Virus record (IMG/VR): IMGVR_UViG_3300045971_000895 | Location: 128,001-192,000 of that record | Source of the DNA: a virus | Strand: one strand, 5' to 3' | Length of the DNA stretch: 64,000 nucleotides | Shown here: positions 58,868 through 64,000 of the stretch, in pieces | How positions within the stretch are numbered: the stretch's first letter is position 1 | How the letters are laid out: each line of letters starts with the position of its first letter | Translations under genes and position numbers: made by a program | Notes under the pieces: generated by a model | What the model saw: the letters and a program-made list of their open reading frames with translations, nothing else | Told to the model about the DNA's origin: nothing | Databases searched by the model: none

Positions 58868-59262
58868 TGGACCTGGAGGGAGTCGAACCCTCGTCCGGAA
58901 AGCCTTGCTTCAAGGCACTACGAGCGTAGCCCTGTAGACCTGGGCAGGTTGCAGCTGTTGCATCGACCTCTGTCCGCGGCGCCTCCCTCGATGCCAGGAG
59001 AGTGGACCCATTTCCTTCACATCCCACAACCGCGGTGTCCCTCGTGTGGTTGCGCCTATCCAGCTACCCGAGAGGCACTCTCGCTGGTAGACGGCTGAGC
59101 TCTCGTGGTCTCAGCAACATGGTGCCGCTAGGCTGCTGCGGCGGCCATGTTGATCATGGGCTCGTTGGCACATGAACGTGGTCTGCTTGGTAACGGGGCC
59201 TGCTGACCAACCCCGGCTCGCTCCTTGATCTGGGTACCCTCCGTCGAAACCGGTTCAGGCCC
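58868..59262 (-). ncRNA. ssrA: tmRNA (ssrA), one-piece, about 395 nt
   Basis: On the minus strand the 5' end is 'GGGCCTGAACCGGTTTCGACGGAGGG' (compare E. coli 'GGGGCUGAUUCUGGAUUCGACGGG'). The 3' end is 'GGACGAGGGTTCGACTCCCTCCAGGTCCA'. Acceptor stem GGGCCUG/CAGGUCC has a G3-U wobble. Candidate tag ORF 'GCCAACGAGCCC...GCCTAG' encodes ANEPMINMAAAAA*. Confidence 0.65.
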
Positions 59263-59451
59263 GTGAAGCCCTGAGCCAGCCCCAAGGGGCCTTGAACCTG
59301 TAGGTCGTTCGACTCGCTGGTAGGCCGCAGTCGATGAGTATGTTCACGCCTACAGAGCAAGGGCCCCTGGCACCGGCCCAGGGATGAAGCATCCTACACG
59401 ACTAGGCGGATGGGGGGTCCTCTTGCTCCGCCTCTTGCGTGGTACCCGACC

Positions 59452-60054
59452 CTACTGGGTCTGCTGTGGCTGCTGCTCGGCCGGCGCGGGGATCTGCTCA
59501 GCCGGAGGCATGTGCCCCGCCGCTTGGAGCTTCTCGGCCATCGACTGCGTGAGGGGCCTCTGCGAAGGCGGCAGAGGCCTCTGCCCGGGCTGGCCGGAGG
59601 TGCGGGGGTGCCGCCCTCGGTAACCCGCTTGAACCTGCTGGGGCGTCCTCGGGGGAGGCCCCTGGACGGCCTGCGGAGCCTTCGGCTGCGGCGGCTGGGA
59701 CGCGGCCACCTCGCTGAAGTGCTTGCTCCGCATGTCGTCTCCCATCTTCCTCGTCTTGTACCGGAAGATGCCCTTCACCACGTCGAGGTTCTCGGAGAGA
59801 ACCTTGACCGCGATGTCGGAGAGCACGGCCAGCGTGCCGAAGAACCGCGCCTGGGCGTTGTTCTTGGCAGCCGCACTCGTGAGCCAGCCGAAGACCAGCG
59901 TCTTCGACTTCTCGATCTCTTCCGGCGACAACACCTGCACCAGCGATTCCACCGTGCTTGACTCCACCAAGCTCGGTGCGGCGACCTCCACTGGCTTCTT
60001 CTCGACCACCCGTGCTGCCCCCGCCGCCCTCTTCGTCCGCTTCTTGGTCGCCAT
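59452..60054 (-). CDS. hypothetical protein with Pro/Gln-rich C-terminus (~200 aa)
   Basis: ORF. Probable start 'MATKKRTKRAAG'. Confidence 0.4.
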   Translation of the reverse strand: MATKKRTKRAAGAARVVEKKPVEVAAPSLVESSTVESLVQVLSPEEIEKSKTLVFGWLTSAAAKNNAQARFFGTLAVLSDIAVKVLSENLDVVKGIFRYKTRKMGDDMRSKHFSEVAASQPPQPKAPQAVQGPPPRTPQQVQAGYRGRHPRTSGQPGQRPLPPSQRPLTQSMAEKLQAAGHMPPAEQIPAPAEQQPQQTQ

Positions 60055-60137
60055 CGGTCTGTGTCCCCACTTTGTGTGCGTGACGGCTGACAATCAGCCG
60101 CACAACACCTTATCCCCCACGATGGAATCTTTTGGAT

Positions 60138-60176
60138 GAGGGCTAAAACAAGAGTCCCGATGCTCTGGGACTCTTG
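60138..60176 (-). terminator. rho-independent terminator (minus strand)
   Basis: caagagtccc...gggactcttg followed on the minus strand by TTTTAG. Confidence 0.6.
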
Positions 60177-60210
60177 CCGACGGTTGCATCGCTGCGCGGG
60201 AGGAGCCGCG

Positions 60211-60684
60211 CTACGCCTGCGCCATCTTCTGCGTGGCCTTCTCCGCCTCCAGCTGGAACTGGTTGGAGTCGGCCGCCTTCTTCACGTAGCTTGCGAGCTC
60301 CCACGGCGCGATGCCGAGCTCAATCACCGACTCGAAGGTGATCTCGCGGTAGGTATCCTTACCCAAACCGAGATCTTCGAGCGCAGTCTCGAACGCCGAA
60401 GACATGACGGCGTGCGGCCTCCACTGGGCTCCGAAGATGAACTCGTCTTCGCCGTTGAGGCCGAGCACGACGATCCTCGCGTGCACCAAGGACTCCGCGC
60501 CGTCGATGCAGCGCCGGTTGTCCAGCCCGATAGAGCACTTGAAGATCTCCGCCGGGGGCTTCTTCATTGAGAGCAGCAGGGTGAGGAGAGGCCGAAGGCC
60601 GCGAAGTGCGACTCTCGGCAGGGACTCCTGGTAGTTGCCGATGAAGTGGTCACACTCCTTCACGATCTCTTCGTTCTTCGTCAT
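60211..60684 (-). CDS. hypothetical protein (157 aa)
   Basis: Start 'MTKNEEIVKECDHF' with GGAGGTGG RBS. Confidence 0.45.
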   Translation of the reverse strand: MTKNEEIVKECDHFIGNYQESLPRVALRGLRPLLTLLLSMKKPPAEIFKCSIGLDNRRCIDGAESLVHARIVVLGLNGEDEFIFGAQWRPHAVMSSAFETALEDLGLGKDTYREITFESVIELGIAPWELASYVKKAADSNQFQLEAEKATQKMAQA

Positions 60685-61163
60685 GACCACCTCCGAGTCT
60701 TCGGGTTGAGCACCAAAGTCGAGTCCCCTCTGCTTCTGGTGATGGTCTGCCCCTTCACCTCTCGCTTCATACGACGCGAGCGGATGACGGCGCGAATGAC
60801 CCACACCAACACCATCCCCAACAGCACGTACCCCGTCATCCGAACCTCCAGGCTATGGTTGTCTCTGCTCTCTTCTTATGCCTCCACGCTCCGACCTTTG
60901 GGAGGCACTCGCACGATTGGTACGATGAAACATTACCCTCAAACGTGCACGGTGCAAGGGGTTTGCACGATACCCCCTCCCACCCGTCAAGCAACGAATG
61001 TACAGGGCTGTCCTGCAACTCCGGGCAACCACGAGAGGTATGGAGATTAGCCGCCTCCCGGCGGCCTACTCGAAGCGCCTCTCAAGTTCTCATCTGGAAG
61101 CGAGGTGCAACTAACACCTCTCCCAGATGGGAACTGAGCGGACTCTAGAGAGCATCACGGTCA

Positions 61164-62132
61164 GTGCAACAAGCAGTGAACTTCACCGCTACATCCTTAT
61201 GCCCAAATCGCACTCGTACTTGCTACCACATCCACCGCACTCTTCATGCTCCCCACCGCAGACTCAGGAGAGTAGCGTGGAGGTACGTGACCACCTACCC
61301 AGTACCTCCAGGCACTTCCAGGCGCGTTCCGCGTTACGTGACGTTGCTTCTTTGTTGGTTGGGGGTCGCGATATGTGGAGGGCTGGATGGTTGGCTCGAC
61401 ATGGCCTTCCACTACAACTTCACACCAACACCGATCTACCTAATTCCCATCTCGGTGGCAGCGTGGCTTGGAGGAATCCCTCTTGGCCTTCTCGTCGCTG
61501 CTCCTGCCTTGGCACTCGAGGTGTGGTTCAGTGTCGACGCAGTCAAGGTGCACCACTCCAACGGTGTAGTCATCACAGAGGCACTCTCGCTACTCATCGC
61601 CGCAGAGATGCTGACGGGTGTGCTCATCATCTCGAGACTGCGCGGCTACGTTCGCAAGTACCACCACTTCGCTTCGGTGGACGAGCTCACGGAGTGCCTC
61701 AACGCCAGAGCATTCAAGCACGAGTGTGAGATCTCCATCGAGCGCCTGAAGCGCCACAGCAACACGCACCTCTCAGTGATGTACATCGACGTGGATGACT
61801 TCAAGCTCGTGAACGACGAGAAGGGTCACAAGCATGGCGATGAAGCGCTCAAGATACTCGGCCAAGCACTTCGAGACTCGGTGCGCGTGGTGGATGTGGT
61901 TGGAAGAGTGGGAGGAGATGAGTTCGCCATTCTCTTGCCAGAGGCTAGTGAGAGCGATCTCCCATGTATCATCGAGCGCATCAAAGCTGCACTCGTGCAG
62001 ATGCAGTTCCCCACCACCATCAGCATCGGCTACGTGACCTACCCGCCCGGTGTGCCGAAGGATCTCGACGAGGTCTTCCACACGGCCGACCGGCGCATGT
62101 ACGAAGCCAAGAAGGCACGCAAGAAGAGGTAA
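61164..62132 (+). CDS. membrane-anchored GGDEF diguanylate cyclase
   Basis: 'RVGGDEFAILLP' active-site motif and 'MYIDVDDFKLVNDEKGHKHGD'. Hydrophobic N-terminal segments. The true start is probably downstream, around 61338..61400. A hairpin follows at 62137..62160. Confidence 0.68.
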   Translation: MQQAVNFTATSLCPNRTRTCYHIHRTLHAPHRRLRRVAWRYVTTYPVPPGTSRRVPRYVTLLLCWLGVAICGGLDGWLDMAFHYNFTPTPIYLIPISVAAWLGGIPLGLLVAAPALALEVWFSVDAVKVHHSNGVVITEALSLLIAAEMLTGVLIISRLRGYVRKYHHFASVDELTECLNARAFKHECEISIERLKRHSNTHLSVMYIDVDDFKLVNDEKGHKHGDEALKILGQALRDSVRVVDVVGRVGGDEFAILLPEASESDLPCIIERIKAALVQMQFPTTISIGYVTYPPGVPKDLDEVFHTADRRMYEAKKARKKR

Positions 62133-62163
62133 AACACAGGGGCCTGTACAAGCGCCCCTGGTG

Positions 62164-62454
62164 CTACTCCTCAGCTCTGGCCTCGAAGATCCTGGCCGCC
62201 CTGAGTGCTCCGTTGGCGTAGTGCTTCAGCTGCTCGTCGGTGACGCCATCACCATCGCCAAAGCACGGGATGAGCTCGGCCTTGTCGACTTCCTTCTTGA
62301 ACAACTCCCAGGCCTTCTCGGCCACGCGCCGCTTGAAGGCCTCCTCCTTGGTGGCCTTGTCGGGCTCGAGCAACGACCGCAGCGAGCGGTTGATGCCCTT
62401 CACGGCTTCGGCCATCTCCTGACCGAGCCTCGTCTGAATCCATTCAGCTGGCAT
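62164..62454 (-). CDS. hypothetical protein (96 aa)
   Basis: Start 'MPAEWIQTRLGQEM' with AGAGGAAG RBS. Confidence 0.45.
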   Translation of the reverse strand: MPAEWIQTRLGQEMAEAVKGINRSLRSLLEPDKATKEEAFKRRVAEKAWELFKKEVDKAELIPCFGDGDGVTDEQLKHYANGALRAARIFEARAEE

Positions 62455-62677
62455 TGTTCTTCCTCTTCTGCCGCCTGGCTCGTTCATAGCCATCAAGCCA
62501 GCCAGCTTCATGAGCGTCTGTGCCAGCCTGCTGCACTGGGCACGCCGGTGGGGGTGGCGCGATGCATTCGAGATTGCCAGCGCACCACCCACTCTTCCAC
62601 CCCGCTGCGAAGCTCTTGCAGTAGGGCGCATCGAACGGGTTCTGCGCGAGCAGCAAGGCCACGATGAGCGGAGTCAT
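62444..62677 (-). CDS. small secreted Cys-containing protein (77 aa)
   Basis: Signal-like 'MTPLIVALLLAQNPF' followed by four Cys. Its stop overlaps the downstream start. Confidence 0.35.
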   Translation of the reverse strand: MTPLIVALLLAQNPFDAPYCKSFAAGWKSGWCAGNLECIAPPPPACPVQQAGTDAHEAGWLDGYERARRQKRKNNAS

Positions 62678-63025
62678 CTAGGCCTCCGGAGACAGGATGA
62701 AGAGCGTCTCAGCAGGCTCCTTCGACCACTCGAACCTGCTCATCTGCTCCTCGTACTCGAGCACAGCGATCTCCACCGGGAAGCTCCTCAGCCGCATGGC
62801 GCAGAAGAACGCCATGCGGATGGTGTGCTCGTCGATGTGGCCGTCGTGGACGAGCTGCCGCACGCACTCCCGCTTGGCCTCGAGCGGAACGCTGTCGGCC
62901 TTGAGGTCCCCAATCCTGAAGAGCCCGAGGAGACCACCGCAGAGGCGGAACTTCGCCTTCACGACGTCGGGCAGCTTCTCGAGCTGGGTGATGAACTTCT
63001 TGTGCGCCTCTTCGATGAGGTCCAT
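62678..63025 (-). CDS. hypothetical protein (115 aa)
   Basis: Start 'MDLIEEAHKKFITQLEKL'. Confidence 0.45.
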   Translation of the reverse strand: MDLIEEAHKKFITQLEKLPDVVKAKFRLCGGLLGLFRIGDLKADSVPLEAKRECVRQLVHDGHIDEHTIRMAFFCAMRLRSFPVEIAVLEYEEQMSRFEWSKEPAETLFILSPEA

Positions 63026-63026
63026 C

Positions 63027-63419
63027 TCAGCCTGCCTTTCTGGCGTGCTCGTACGTGCCCCACAGCGAGATGGGCTTGGCGAGCGGGGTGAAGCCCTTCT
63101 CGAGCAGCTCCATGCTGTACTTCGGAGGCACGAGAGGGGCGCAGGAGATGGTGATGTGCGCCACTCCTTTGTCCATTCGCAAGAGCTGCTCCTTGATGTG
63201 GACGGCCTGCCCCTTGTCATCAGAGGCCACACCATCCACCGTCAAGAGCACCAGCTGCCCCAGCTTCGGAGCGAACTGCTGCACCACCATGTCGTGGGGC
63301 TTGAACATGACCGTGAGGTGCTCAGCGAACACCTTCGGGTGGATGGCCGGCACAGCAGCCAAGAGCGCCTTCTTGGAGACGTCGCTGAGGTAGATGGCGA
63401 TGAACGTGGGGAGAGCCAT
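63027..63419 (-). CDS. 2H phosphoesterase superfamily protein (LigT/Acb1-like), ~130 aa
   Basis: Two H-x-T/S-x motifs, 'EHLTVMF' and 'AHITISC', at the spacing expected for the 2H fold. Internal Met start coupled to the upstream gene by a TGATG overlap. Confidence 0.55.
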   Translation of the reverse strand: MALPTFIAIYLSDVSKKALLAAVPAIHPKVFAEHLTVMFKPHDMVVQQFAPKLGQLVLLTVDGVASDDKGQAVHIKEQLLRMDKGVAHITISCAPLVPPKYSMELLEKGFTPLAKPISLWGTYEHARKAG

Positions 63420-63661
63420 CACATCCCCATCCTGTCGGGGATGCGCAGGTGCTTGATCTCCTCGAGGAGGTCTTCGCCCTTGTCCTGGCGCTCGAGGAGG
63501 GAGAGGACGGTGTCCCGCATGCCCAGCTGCGAGGACACCTGCACCGCGATGAGGCGGAGCTTCGAGTCGCTGCTCTTGAGGTGGCAGCAGCACGGCGGAC
63601 CGTGCCAGAGCTCTCCCGGGAGGCGCAAGCTGCACTTGGGGCAGAACGCGATGCCCACCAT
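63419..63661 (-). CDS. zinc-ribbon protein (80 aa)
   Basis: 'CPKCSLRLPGELWHGPPCCCH'. Confidence 0.4.
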   Translation of the reverse strand: MVGIAFCPKCSLRLPGELWHGPPCCCHLKSSDSKLRLIAVQVSSQLGMRDTVLSLLERQDKGEDLLEEIKHLRIPDRMGM

Positions 63662-63820
63662 CTAGGCCTCCTGCTTCATCTTCTCGTCGAGGTACTTCTC
63701 CTTCGCCGCGGGGCTGAGGGAGTCGAAGTACTTGGCCTCACGGGCCTCCACCTTCTTGGCCTTCTTGCGCTTGGCGGTGCGGAGCATCGTCTTCAGTGAG
63801 AACGCGTTGCGGGTCTTCAT
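63662..63820 (-). CDS. small basic protein (52 aa)
   Basis: 'MKTRNAFSLKTMLRTAKRKKAKKVEAREAKYF...' with AGGGAGG RBS. Confidence 0.4.
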   Translation of the reverse strand: MKTRNAFSLKTMLRTAKRKKAKKVEAREAKYFDSLSPAAKEKYLDEKMKQEA

Positions 63821-63852
63821 GTGTGTTGCCTCCCTTACGGGGTGTGGGGGGA

Positions 63853-64000
63853 CTACAGTCTGCCGTTCAAGAACGGGGCTTCGATGCTGGCCTTGTGGAT
63901 GCGGTGGTGCAGCGTTGGCTTGTGGCAACGGGCCAACACCTCAGGGACGATGAGCGCAACCTGGTCTCTGCAATCGGGGCAAGAGCGGAACCGCCGATAG
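63853..64000 (-). CDS. zinc-finger protein, 3' end only (gene continues past window end)
   Basis: '...CPDCRDQVALIVPEVLARCHKPTLHHRIHKASIEAPFLNGRL*'. Confidence 0.35.
   Translation of the reverse strand, partial: YRRFRSCPDCRDQVALIVPEVLARCHKPTLHHRIHKASIEAPFLNGRL

Noticed and set aside
58868-59262. tmRNA as a prophage attachment site (attL/attR) with adjacent integrase
   Set aside because: No tyrosine or serine recombinase motif (R..H..R..Y) was found in the flanking ORFs on either side. Both flanks look phage-like. The question is left open in the finding rather than called as an att site.

Overview
This ~64 kb window is high GC (about 65%) and densely coding. It reads as the genome, or a prophage copy, of a contractile-tailed (myovirus-type) phage from a high-GC host. 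GC this high suggests something like Myxococcales or Actinobacteria, but that is a guess. Reading left to right:

- **1..3803:** an endonuclease VII-like resolvase whose 5' end runs off the window, several hypotheticals, a permuted papain-fold peptidase, and a translationally coupled minus-strand operon ending in RNase HII.
- **4151..5965:** the terminase large subunit, followed by a strong hairpin terminator.
- **6028..7300 (minus):** a membrane-anchored protein and an HTH DNA-binding protein.
- **7326..18225 (plus), head morphogenesis:** a candidate HK97-type prohead protease, two paralogous acidic scaffold-like proteins, a major capsid protein with a classic terminator after it, and a string of small proteins.
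- **18234..36678 (plus), tail and baseplate:** a LamG/ConA-like protein, a 1797-aa giant structural protein, a BNR/Asp-box beta-propeller protein, a 1112-aa tail sheath and a putative tube.
- **36818..43777 (minus), early or auxiliary module:** a cold-shock protein, an RHH protein, many translationally coupled zinc-ribbon mini-proteins, an H1-like basic protein, and a MoxR/CobS-like AAA+ ATPase with its VWA (CobT-like) partner.
- **45598..55209 (plus):** a 9.6 kb gene for a 3203-aa tail fibre with three collagen-like segments and a C-terminal peptidase-S74 auto-chaperone domain.
- **55211..57678 (plus), the most unusual feature:** a radical-SAM/SPASM maturase, an all-helical partner, and a protein whose metallothionein-like CxC-rich segment ('CGCDAN' repeats) is fused to a Hint/intein-like domain with no +1 nucleophile.
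- **57682..64000:** a tiny membrane protein, an SLT lytic transglycosylase lipoprotein, an apparently complete one-piece tmRNA on the minus strand, a membrane GGDEF diguanylate cyclase behind a ~500 bp noncoding region, a 2H phosphoesterase and more coupled mini-genes.

Because of the GC content, many long ORFs on the opposite strand or in overlapping frames are artefacts and are not called.
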